From: an uncultured candidate division Zixibacteria bacterium
GTDB taxonomy: Bacteria > Zixibacteria > MSB-5A5 > UBA10806 > 4484-95
Length of the DNA: 64,000 bases
NCBI GenBank assembly: GCA_963668625.2
Contig: CAXXKA010000006.1
Coordinates: forward strand, 480,001-544,000
Reading direction: 5' to 3'
Shown piece by piece: positions 41,695 through 50,804 of this stretch (positions are counted from its first letter, which is position 1; each line of letters starts with the position of its first letter). The notes below the pieces were generated by a model. That model saw only the letters and a program-made list of their open reading frames with translations. It made no database searches and had not been told where the DNA came from. The position numbers and the translations under genes are program-made.

Positions 41695-42759
41695 ATGAAA
41701 AAAATCAACCTTGTTATGGTAGCAATTGCCTTGGTGCTTCTTATAGTACCGGCTCATAGCCAGAACAACAAGGTCGGAACAGTCGGTTTCAAGTTTTTAG
41801 ATATTGGAGTCGGCGGCCGAGCTCAGGCTATGGGGGAGGCATATGCTGCTTTAGGTACTGATGCCTCGGCGGTGTTTTGGAACCCTGCGGGTGTTGCCAA
41901 TATCCAGGGTGGAGATTTGTTTGCTGGTTTTACGAAATGGCCGGCTGACATCAGTCTTACCTCGGTGGCCTTGGCATATCGCGTATCGTTACCGGCAATA
42001 GGTCCGGGCACCATGGCGCTGTCAGGTACAGTGTTAAATACAGGTTTAATGAACCGTACTTCCGAATATGATCCGGATGGCGATTACTCAGGTACATTTG
42101 CCTACGAGGATTATGCTTTCGGCGTGACATTAGGTAAATACCTAACCGACCGATTCGCTTTTGGCGGAACATTTAAAGTAATCCATGAAAAAATCGCTGA
42201 TTGGGATGAGACCAGTTGGGCTTTCGATGTCGGTACTTATTATGAGACCGGTTTCAAGTCTATTCGTATTGGTATCTCTATCCTGAATTTCGGCCCCGAT
42301 GTAACATTCTCGGTCGATGATGACGGCGATGGTCGTGTGGATGAAGATCCGGTTGATGGTATCAGCCAGGATGATGACAATAATGATGGTGTTATCGATG
42401 GTCTTGATCTGGATGGTGAAGACGTAGAGCAAAAAGCTACTCCTTTACCATTAACTTTCAGGGCCGGTATTGCTATGGATGTTCTCCAGACGGAGTCATC
42501 CAGAGCTACGATTGTCGCCGAATTGGCACATCCTCCGGATAACGAAGAGCGCTATCAACTCGGCGGCGAGTACTGGCTTGCCGAGATGTTGGCTGTTAGG
42601 GCTGGATATAGACTCAATATGGACGAGGGTGGATTTACGGCCGGCGCCGGATTTAAATTCCCCTTCAGTGGTTCGAGCGCCTTCTCGGTGGATTATGCTT
42701 TCACCGATTTAGGCAGACTCTCCTCTACCCATAGAGTCTCAACCAATATTTCGTTTTAA
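41695..42759 (+). CDS. PorV/PorQ (UPF0164)-like outer membrane beta-barrel
   Basis: FLDIGVGGRAQAMGEA..A...DASAVFWNPAG, N.GP, PL.FR.G, VDYAF...G.L...HR.S and terminal Phe. Confidence 0.85.
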   Translation: MKKINLVMVAIALVLLIVPAHSQNNKVGTVGFKFLDIGVGGRAQAMGEAYAALGTDASAVFWNPAGVANIQGGDLFAGFTKWPADISLTSVALAYRVSLPAIGPGTMALSGTVLNTGLMNRTSEYDPDGDYSGTFAYEDYAFGVTLGKYLTDRFAFGGTFKVIHEKIADWDETSWAFDVGTYYETGFKSIRIGISILNFGPDVTFSVDDDGDGRVDEDPVDGISQDDDNNDGVIDGLDLDGEDVEQKATPLPLTFRAGIAMDVLQTESSRATIVAELAHPPDNEERYQLGGEYWLAEMLAVRAGYRLNMDEGGFTAGAGFKFPFSGSSAFSVDYAFTDLGRLSSTHRVSTNISF

Positions 42760-42789
42760 TTAACCGCTGAAAGATGATGGAGGAAAGAA

Positions 42790-44538
42790 GTGAATATGAA
42801 GAAAAAACTGGGTTTTAAGGTTTTAGGCCTGGTGGTTTTCTCGCTCCTCTTGGCGGTTAACTGTGCAGAAGAAGGAACCGCACCGGACGAGAATATTCCA
42901 CCTAATACCTTTATAACCAACTACCAGATCGAGATTGGCCCTGATTCGGCAACCGCTTATACGACTGATATCTATTGGAGCGGAAATGACGTTGACGGCG
43001 CTATTTTCTGGTATGAGTGGAGTGCAATTAATGCCACTGGAGATAGCTTGAAATGGTACATCGATACCGATGGTGTCATTGATACGGTAAATATCTCCGA
43101 ATGGCAGACAACCAATACCCTGAGCATGTCGATATTGCTTGATTTCCCGAATTTCGACACCAAGTACATCTTCAGGGTCAGGGCAATGGATAACGATCGA
43201 GAAGTCGATCCGACTCCTGCTGTCGATACGATTTCGATCGACAGAATTCGTGATTTTAACTACGCACCTAATACGGATATCGTAGAAGGCCCGAAAGTCG
43301 AATCGCAACCTAATATAACCACCTCCGGCATTCATTTCATTGTCAGGGGAATGGATATTGATGGTGCAGTCGAATTTATCGAGTATATGGTAGATACGCA
43401 AGCTGAATGGACACAGGAAAGCACTGATATCACAACCAGTACCCTGACATTCGATATCACCGACTTGACTGAAGGTCCTCATACGATATCATTCAGATCG
43501 GTTGACAATTTCGGAAAAGTCGATCCATCGCCATACACTGTCAGTGTTGTGGTTGATACGACTCTAAGACCTGATCTTACAATCGTATCCGGACCTATTC
43601 CGAATGCATACTATTACCTGCCTGCCGGTGGGACTTCATTGGACCTTGCAGCCGAATGGAGTGGATCGGCCGCCTGGTATTTCAGCTCGGTACAATATCA
43701 GTATGCCGTAGATGATACCACAACCTGGTCTGATCTCATGGATGGATCCACGGCCACCTTAATGGGGCTTTCCGCTACGAGCCATGAATTCTATGTTAAA
43801 GCCATAGATCTGGCAGGGAATGCTTCAGTCTATAAAACCGATTTCGCGGTTGGTGCCTTTGTCGGCGATCAAGGCGTTCTGGTTATGAATGGCATACATC
43901 AGGGCGCTTATGGGGCCGAATTCGATGATTTCTGGAATGGAGTCGATTTTGAATTCGATTTCGATTTCTGGGATGCTTTTGGCGGCCAGGATTATTCGAG
44001 TATACCTACGCTAGATGATGCTTATATCGGTAATGGGATATTAGATGGTTCGACACTGTCGCATTACAGCTCGTTCGTGATGATCATGAATGGCTATAAC
44101 GGCGACCTTGAAGTCTACCAGGCTATGTTTCCGCTTATCATGTCGTACTTGAATGCCGGTGGTAACGTTTACCTCGGAACTCGTTACGCCACTAGTAATA
44201 TTTATGGTGATCTTGAAACTTACGCTCACATCGATAGTTGGGATCAAGAAGGGGTTATCCTTGACCCGGGTATTGTGGCGGCTGTTGAGGGATTGATAAA
44301 TATCGATGGCGCCGACCTAGCGGGATCTGATCTACCTGCTATTCCAACCGATCCTGAAGTGACTGTAATTTTCACTCACCCATCTTATCCCAATGCCGCT
44401 GCCGGGATATATGTTGAACCGAGTGCAACTGGTAAATTCGCTTTTATTTCCGGCAGGCCTTATCGTTACAATCAGGCGGCTTATGGGGATAATGTGAATT
44501 ATATAGTCGATAACTACTTTGGCGAAGGTGCCGAATAA
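42790..44538 (+). CDS. Acidic lipoprotein with Ig-like repeats and a C-terminal alpha/beta domain
   Basis: LAVNC lipobox; repeated PP.T.I..W.G.D.DG and FRVRA.DND..VDPTP; SYLNAGGNVYLG. Confidence 0.8.
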   Translation: MNMKKKLGFKVLGLVVFSLLLAVNCAEEGTAPDENIPPNTFITNYQIEIGPDSATAYTTDIYWSGNDVDGAIFWYEWSAINATGDSLKWYIDTDGVIDTVNISEWQTTNTLSMSILLDFPNFDTKYIFRVRAMDNDREVDPTPAVDTISIDRIRDFNYAPNTDIVEGPKVESQPNITTSGIHFIVRGMDIDGAVEFIEYMVDTQAEWTQESTDITTSTLTFDITDLTEGPHTISFRSVDNFGKVDPSPYTVSVVVDTTLRPDLTIVSGPIPNAYYYLPAGGTSLDLAAEWSGSAAWYFSSVQYQYAVDDTTTWSDLMDGSTATLMGLSATSHEFYVKAIDLAGNASVYKTDFAVGAFVGDQGVLVMNGIHQGAYGAEFDDFWNGVDFEFDFDFWDAFGGQDYSSIPTLDDAYIGNGILDGSTLSHYSSFVMIMNGYNGDLEVYQAMFPLIMSYLNAGGNVYLGTRYATSNIYGDLETYAHIDSWDQEGVILDPGIVAAVEGLINIDGADLAGSDLPAIPTDPEVTVIFTHPSYPNAAAGIYVEPSATGKFAFISGRPYRYNQAAYGDNVNYIVDNYFGEGAE

Positions 44539-44566
44539 CCATTAACCGGATGAAAGGAGTAAAGAA

Positions 44567-46123
44567 ATGAAGAAATTACTAGCCTTGCTTACTGCCGGTT
44601 TGATGGTTATGATCATCATAGCCGGTTGTACCGAAGATCCGTGGGAACCTGAACCATCAAGGCCTTTGGATTTGTTTATCGTGTCCGCGCCAGGTGACTC
44701 TACTGACGTGCCAGCCTATTCGACCGTGAATTTTACATGGGCGGCTAATGGCGGCAGCGGTGATATTGAATATCGGTGGTCTTTGGTACTTGCAGATAGT
44801 GCTGCGGATTACAACGATTACAATGACTTTACCAGCGCTATGTATGATAGTGTTGGTGACGTTGATACAACGAACTATGAATTTTCGGTGATGGCACGGG
44901 ATGAAGATGGAAATACCGATACCGAAACAACGACCTTTATGGTTAGCCCTTATTCGGCGCCACCTGCGGATGTCGATACGCCTACAGTCGAAATTACCAT
45001 GAGTCCCGCGGCAGGGGCTTATGTCGCTGTTGGCTCTAATATCTCATTCGCCTGGGAAGGTGATGATGGCAATAGCAACGATGATCAGTTGCTTTATCAA
45101 TACGCCTTCCCGACAGCTGCAGATACTATTAATACCTGGGTACAGTCCACAGCGGTATCATTCAGTAATGTTGCTGCAATTGTTAATGCCGGATTCTATA
45201 TTAGGGTAAAAGACCAAGCTGGTAATATGTCTGGTTGGGTTTCTGTTTTGTTCGTTATCCAGAACGCTAATATCCTGTACATAGACGATTATCAGTTCCA
45301 TGATGATTGGGGTGATGTTGACAATGTCAAGGAGCGCGATCAGAAACAATTCTATCGTGATGCTCTTGAGGGGTATGCTTTTGCCGAGTGGGATAACGAT
45401 GTTCAGGGAACTCCTACCATTGGCGACTTAGCAGGTTTCGATGTCGTAATATGGTGTGCAGACTCAGAAATCGGTTCCGCTGATCCCAGCTACCGCTTAT
45501 GGTTTGATGTTGGTGTTTTAGGTGGAGGTGTACTTAAAGACTTCATGGATGGTGGCGGTAAGCTGCTTATCACGGGGTCAGAGGTGCTAAACTACGTTAA
45601 TAACTCGGTTCCACCATCTGCCGGTGATTTTGAATCACAATATCTAGGTGTTGCCGATTATGACGCTACACCCAGCGAGATAGATACGACATGGTGGTTG
45701 GACGAAGAACAGTATGATACCTTGGTCGTGACTCCCGATTCGGTAATTGTCGATACTACATGGGAAGATCCCTGGGCAACTGAATGGACGTTTACCTGGG
45801 CTGTTAAACACCCGGATACGCCGTTTGATTTACCTGATTCGATGAAAATCGACGTCGCTAAACAAGCTGATCAGGATGATTATGCTACCGGTATATTCTA
45901 TTTCCGTGATGATGCCACTGTTACTACTGAACCTTTATACGCATGGGGTTTATGGGTAGATGGTTCAGCTCCGGATCCTCCTTACTATGGATCAACAGTG
46001 GGGCATATTACATATTGGAGTAGTAATGCTGTTTCAGCAATGCTTAACTTCGATACTTACTCTATGCCACCTACCGCTATTCGTCAGACATTCCAGACTA
46101 TTCTTACCGAATTCGGTGAATAA
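44567..46123 (+). CDS. Acidic lipoprotein with Ig-like repeats and a C-terminal alpha/beta domain (resembles the previous gene)
   Basis: IAGC lipobox; FSVMARDEDGN, FYIRVKDQAGN; ILYIDD..FAEWD..DLAGFDVVIW..DFMDGGGKLLITG. Confidence 0.8.
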   Translation: MKKLLALLTAGLMVMIIIAGCTEDPWEPEPSRPLDLFIVSAPGDSTDVPAYSTVNFTWAANGGSGDIEYRWSLVLADSAADYNDYNDFTSAMYDSVGDVDTTNYEFSVMARDEDGNTDTETTTFMVSPYSAPPADVDTPTVEITMSPAAGAYVAVGSNISFAWEGDDGNSNDDQLLYQYAFPTAADTINTWVQSTAVSFSNVAAIVNAGFYIRVKDQAGNMSGWVSVLFVIQNANILYIDDYQFHDDWGDVDNVKERDQKQFYRDALEGYAFAEWDNDVQGTPTIGDLAGFDVVIWCADSEIGSADPSYRLWFDVGVLGGGVLKDFMDGGGKLLITGSEVLNYVNNSVPPSAGDFESQYLGVADYDATPSEIDTTWWLDEEQYDTLVVTPDSVIVDTTWEDPWATEWTFTWAVKHPDTPFDLPDSMKIDVAKQADQDDYATGIFYFRDDATVTTEPLYAWGLWVDGSAPDPPYYGSTVGHITYWSSNAVSAMLNFDTYSMPPTAIRQTFQTILTEFGE

Positions 46124-46143
46124 TCGATTCACTAGCTGAAAAC

Positions 46144-46176
46144 AAAGCCCATCCGCATTATGTGGGTGGGCTTTTT
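46144..46176 (+). terminator. Intra-cluster terminator between the outer-membrane module and dacB
   Basis: AAAGCCCATCCGCA-TTA-TGTGGGTGGGC-TTTTT; the dacB ATG lies 12 nt downstream. Confidence 0.8.
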
Positions 46177-46188
46177 AAATGAGGTAAA

Positions 46189-47637
46189 ATGAATAAAATA
46201 ACTGCAGCACTTATTATAACGATATTAATCTCAAGCATGACATCAGCCCAAAACGCCATAAAGGATTTCATGAGCGATCCTCGACTGGAGGGAGCATCGT
46301 ATGGAGTGATGTTCAAGGATGTCAAAACTGATTCTATGATTTATGCTTATAATGAAAATAACAGATATACGACCGCCTCGAATTTAAAGCTTTTCACATC
46401 CGCCGCGGCAATCGAGTTATTAGGCTCGGATTTCAGATTTTACACTCGTTTTTATACGAACGGTAATATCGCTAAGGGAGGAGAACTGTCAGGTGACCTG
46501 ATAATAGTGGGTGGGGGAGACCCGCTTATCTCCGGCAGGTTCCGTGACTCGATTACCGAGGTACTAGAGCTATGGGCCGACAGCCTGAAAGACGCCGGTA
46601 TCAAGCTTATTAAAGGTAATATCGCTGTAGATAATAACTATTTCGAGACTGATGATCTGGGCCCCGGTTGGTCATTCGATTATCTGAGCTACTGGTATGC
46701 TTGCCCGATATCGTCGCTATCGTTCAACGATAATTGTGTGGATTTCCGGTCATACCCGGGGAAGAATATAGGCGATACCTGCCGATTCGAATTCAAACCC
46801 GAAAACGATTATCTCACCGTAATAAATAATACGACTACTTTACCCGCCGGCCTGACAAATACTCTGGATTACTACCGTCACCCCGAAACCAACACGGTTG
46901 AATTCACCGGCGGCGTGGATATTAATGACAAAAACGGTACGGTCGATTATGTCTCGGTGTATAGACCGCATCTTTACTGTGCGCATATATTCAACGATAT
47001 ACTAAAAAGCAAAGGAATCGCGGTTGATGGTGAGATCCTGAATATTGAAGCTGATGATAAGAATCAAGACTACCGGTATAATGATTTAACTGCGCTTTTC
47101 GAGTGGCAATCCGAACCGATGAGTATTATCGCTAAGGTCATCAATAAAAACAGCCAGAATTTTTTCGCCGAACAGACATTAAAAACCATAGGCGCTGAAT
47201 ATGCGGGCGAGGGATCATATGCTGTATCTACGAAAATAGTCAGCGATTGGCTGGTTTCCATCGGTATTCCCGAGGATGATGTATTTTACTACGATGGTTC
47301 CGGGCTTGCGCATATGAACCTGGCCACACCCTCTTCAATAGTAAATCTTATGGAACATATGTACCATTCCGGGAATTTCGATATATATTATGAGTCGATG
47401 GCGATACCCGGTGTCGATCGATCTGTTCGCGGCAGGATGGAGGGGCAACCACTGGCCGAGAAGATGCGCACGAAAACCGGCACGATCGCTAATACTCGCA
47501 CATTTTCGGGATATTTGACGACCTCGAGTAGCAGGTTAGTGGCATTTTCGATCCTGGTAAATAACTATGGATCGACTCGGGATGAAATAGATCACTGGAC
47601 AGACGCATTCTGTGGATATATAATAAGCACTTATTGA
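46189..47637 (+). CDS. dacB: D-alanyl-D-alanine carboxypeptidase/endopeptidase (PBP4, S13)
   Basis: Signal peptide; SxxK (ASNLK), GGGDP, SxN (NSQN), DGSGL, KTGT. Confidence 0.93.
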   Translation: MNKITAALIITILISSMTSAQNAIKDFMSDPRLEGASYGVMFKDVKTDSMIYAYNENNRYTTASNLKLFTSAAAIELLGSDFRFYTRFYTNGNIAKGGELSGDLIIVGGGDPLISGRFRDSITEVLELWADSLKDAGIKLIKGNIAVDNNYFETDDLGPGWSFDYLSYWYACPISSLSFNDNCVDFRSYPGKNIGDTCRFEFKPENDYLTVINNTTTLPAGLTNTLDYYRHPETNTVEFTGGVDINDKNGTVDYVSVYRPHLYCAHIFNDILKSKGIAVDGEILNIEADDKNQDYRYNDLTALFEWQSEPMSIIAKVINKNSQNFFAEQTLKTIGAEYAGEGSYAVSTKIVSDWLVSIGIPEDDVFYYDGSGLAHMNLATPSSIVNLMEHMYHSGNFDIYYESMAIPGVDRSVRGRMEGQPLAEKMRTKTGTIANTRTFSGYLTTSSSRLVAFSILVNNYGSTRDEIDHWTDAFCGYIISTY

Positions 47638-47638
47638 A

Positions 47639-48910
47639 ATGGATTATTTCGTAAGAAAAAATGGCAGGCTTCACTGCGAATCGGTTCCGCTGGCAAAGCT
47701 GGCGTCTAAATACGGCACGCCGCTTTATGTCTACAGCTTGCGGACATTCGTCCGTCATTTCAAAATTGCTTCCCGGGCTTTTGGCAAAATACCTCATGCT
47801 ATATTTTACTCGGCCAAGGCAAATTCAAATCTATCAATACTTTCTGCAATCGCCAGGCTTGATGGCGGGTGTGATGTTGTCTCGATAGGCGAATATCTTT
47901 CGGCTCGCAAAGCGGGTATCAAGCGGATAATATTCTCCGGCGCGGGCAAGCAAGAGCATGAGATAGAGGAGACGCTTGGCAAAGGGCTCGAGTTCTATGG
48001 CGTGGAATCGGAAAACGAGCTGAACTTGATCGAGAAAGTAGCTAAAAAAATCGGTAAAACCGCCCCAATATCATTAAGGGTAAATCCGGATGTTGATCCC
48101 AAGACTCATAAACATATCGCGACAGGTTTGAAAACCGAGAAATTCGGTATAGATTATAAAAAGATACTGGCTATCTATAAAAGATGCGCCAAGTCTGACA
48201 ATCTCAAGCCGGTGGCTATCTCTATGCATCTGGGATCTCAGATTCAAACTACCAAACCGTTTGTCGAGGGATTTAAGGTATTAAAAGATATCTATTTAAG
48301 ATTACTGGAACAAAGTATCATTTTAAAGCATATTGACTTAGGAGGGGGATGGGCAGCCCCGTTCGATAGATATCAGAAGCTACCCGGACCCTCCGACTAT
48401 ATCAAGGCGTTAATCCCATATATGAAAGGGTTGGATGTCGAGTTTATAGTCGAGCCAGGCAGATCTCTTGTTGGCAATGCCGGTGTGCTTTTAAGCAGAA
48501 TAGTATATATAAAGGATGGTTTCGGTAAGAAATTCGTCATTATCGATGCCGGTATGAACGATTTGATCAGGCCTGCCCTTTATAGCGCATATCATAGGGT
48601 AGAGCCTGTAATAGAGAGACCGGGGCAGTCGTTTAAGGCGGATGTTGTCGGGCCGATATGTGAAAGCTCCGATACTTTCGCCCGCAAGATAAAGCTTAGT
48701 GGGCTTAAAGAGGGGGATTTACTTTGCATGTTCACCACCGGGGCCTATGGACATTCTATGTCCTCGACTTACAACAGCAGACCCCGTTCGGCGGAGGTGC
48801 TAGTTAAAGGCAGCAAGGATTATCTAATACGTGAAAGAGAGAGTTATTCCGATCTATGGAAGAAACAAAAATTAATAGACTTGAAGAATATAAATCGCGT
48901 GAAAATATAG
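47639..48910 (+). CDS. lysA: Diaminopimelate decarboxylase
   Basis: YGTPLYVY, YSAKAN, RVNPDV..TH..I.TG...KFG, HLGSQ, EPGR, GPICES, GAYG..MSS.YN.RPR. Confidence 0.96.
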   Translation: MDYFVRKNGRLHCESVPLAKLASKYGTPLYVYSLRTFVRHFKIASRAFGKIPHAIFYSAKANSNLSILSAIARLDGGCDVVSIGEYLSARKAGIKRIIFSGAGKQEHEIEETLGKGLEFYGVESENELNLIEKVAKKIGKTAPISLRVNPDVDPKTHKHIATGLKTEKFGIDYKKILAIYKRCAKSDNLKPVAISMHLGSQIQTTKPFVEGFKVLKDIYLRLLEQSIILKHIDLGGGWAAPFDRYQKLPGPSDYIKALIPYMKGLDVEFIVEPGRSLVGNAGVLLSRIVYIKDGFGKKFVIIDAGMNDLIRPALYSAYHRVEPVIERPGQSFKADVVGPICESSDTFARKIKLSGLKEGDLLCMFTTGAYGHSMSSTYNSRPRSAEVLVKGSKDYLIRERESYSDLWKKQKLIDLKNINRVKI

Positions 48911-50019
48911 CTACCTCAAGGCCATCATACCTGGAAATCGACCTGGGAGCGTTTCAGCGTAATTTTAACAGGATTAAAATGCTGGCCGGGAAGAATACCT
49001 CCATTATGGCGGTAGTCAAGGCTAATGCTTATGGTCATGGGTTGGTAGAGATAGCCCGAAGCGCGATTAAGATGGGCGCGAATCTTCTGGGTGTTGCCCT
49101 GGTAGAGGAGGCAGTCAAACTTCAGGAGGCGGGTGTACGAGCGCCTATCGTAGTGCTATATCCTGATATCCCCGAACGCGCCTCGAACCTGGTGCAGGCC
49201 GGTTTGGTCGCTACGGTCGATTCCGGAGAGTATTTGCAGGCTCTATCGAGACAATCGGTGGAACAGGGAAAACGAACCGAGGTGTTCGTAAAGATCGAAA
49301 CAGGCATGGGGCGTTTTGGCGTCACCGAGTCGGGATTGCAAGATTTGGTTGAGACGGCCAATAATTTGCCCGGTATTAAGGTAATCGGGCTTTCGACTAA
49401 TTTAGCAGATTCCTCCAACGGAGATACCTCATTTACCGATGGTCAGTTCGATCGATTCAAATTTTTAAGCGATTTATGCAATCTTAACGATATCAAGTAC
49501 TTAAGCATTGAAAACTCTAGCGGCTTGCTTTTCCATCACCATAACTATTATAATCTTGTCAGGGTTGGTTTACTGATGTATGGTTATTACCCGAAACAGG
49601 CGGCCGAGGCCGAATTCGAGCCGGTGATGAGCTTGAAAAGCAAAATCGTCCAGATACGTAATTGGCCTGCCGGTAAACCGATTGGTTACGGCGGTAAGTA
49701 TGTTCCCAGAGAGGATATACTTCTGGCAACCGTTGGTGTGGGCTATGCTGATGGTTATCCGTGGGCTTTGTCGAATGAAAGCCAGGTGCTGATCAGGGGA
49801 AGACGCGCGCCTGTCGTGGGCAGGGTTTGCATGGATGCTTTGATGATTGATGTTAGTAGTATATCCGGCGTAAGTAAAGGTGATGAGGTCGTGCTCCTGG
49901 GCAAATCTGGAGATGAGTTTATCGACGCCAATGAGCTGGGCGAGTTGGCCGGGTCGTTTTCATATGAAATAATAGCCGGTATGTCCGAAAGACTGCCGAG
50001 AGTGTACGTGGGAGGATAA
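48856..50019 (+). CDS. alr: Alanine racemase family protein (variant motifs)
   Basis: AVVKANAYGHG, TGMGRFG, VRVG, IGYGG, GYADG, GRVCMD, YEI; start uncertain because of overlap with lysA. Confidence 0.88.
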   Translation: MEETKINRLEEYKSRENIATSRPSYLEIDLGAFQRNFNRIKMLAGKNTSIMAVVKANAYGHGLVEIARSAIKMGANLLGVALVEEAVKLQEAGVRAPIVVLYPDIPERASNLVQAGLVATVDSGEYLQALSRQSVEQGKRTEVFVKIETGMGRFGVTESGLQDLVETANNLPGIKVIGLSTNLADSSNGDTSFTDGQFDRFKFLSDLCNLNDIKYLSIENSSGLLFHHHNYYNLVRVGLLMYGYYPKQAAEAEFEPVMSLKSKIVQIRNWPAGKPIGYGGKYVPREDILLATVGVGYADGYPWALSNESQVLIRGRRAPVVGRVCMDALMIDVSSISGVSKGDEVVLLGKSGDEFIDANELGELAGSFSYEIIAGMSERLPRVYVGG

Positions 50020-50804
50020 TGTCTTACAGAGTTAATATCAATATAGCAAATATCAGGCTCGAGCCGAAATTCCGCTCCGAGCGGATCAGCCAGGCCCTGT
50101 TTAACGAGCCGGTGGAGATACTCGAAAAAGGTGAGGATTTCTCGAAAGTCAAATTGCCCGATCAGTACGAGGGATATATCAGGAATAGTTTTTTATCCTC
50201 GGATGATGTCCAGAAAGAGGGCGATTTCATGGTTTCGGCCACTATCGCCATAGGCTATATCGGGGCTGATGAACGCGCGCCCTCGGCTACTATGCTGCCT
50301 TTTACCTCGGTAGTTAAAGCCGCCCGTATGGCCAATAATTTCGTGGTGATAGAGACGCCACGTTATGGCGATATCTATATCATGCAGGATGATTTAATCC
50401 CGCTGACACATCGCCCGAAACTTACCCGCGAGGATACCCGGACGTTTCTGGAGAGCGCCAGACGGTTCATTGGCGTGCCTTATTTATGGGGCGGCAAGAG
50501 CTTTTTCGGTATAGACTGTTCGGGATTAACTCAGGTTAATTTCAAGTTTTTCGGAATTGATCTTCCACGGGATACCAAGGACCAACGTCATGTCGGCAGG
50601 GAGATCGAGCGTAAGGATATCCTACCGGGTGATCTTCTGTTTTTCGAACGTCATGTAGCAATTGCCATCAATGAGATGACCTTTATCCATTCCAGCAATA
50701 AAACCGGCGGGGTATATATCAACAGTTTAGACCCAGAGCAGGATAATTACCTGGAGCATCTGGATAAAGGGCTTCAAGCCGTAAGGCGGGTTATTGAGGA
50801 CTAA
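50019..50804 (+). CDS. SH3b-NlpC/P60 gamma-D-glutamyl-diamino acid endopeptidase (YkfC-like)
   Basis: SERISQALF.E SH3b-like region; GVPYLWGG..GIDCSG, LPRD, PGDLLFF.HVAI..FIHS; no signal peptide; TAATG coupling to alr. Confidence 0.88.
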   Translation: MSYRVNINIANIRLEPKFRSERISQALFNEPVEILEKGEDFSKVKLPDQYEGYIRNSFLSSDDVQKEGDFMVSATIAIGYIGADERAPSATMLPFTSVVKAARMANNFVVIETPRYGDIYIMQDDLIPLTHRPKLTREDTRTFLESARRFIGVPYLWGGKSFFGIDCSGLTQVNFKFFGIDLPRDTKDQRHVGREIERKDILPGDLLFFERHVAIAINEMTFIHSSNKTGGVYINSLDPEQDNYLEHLDKGLQAVRRVIED

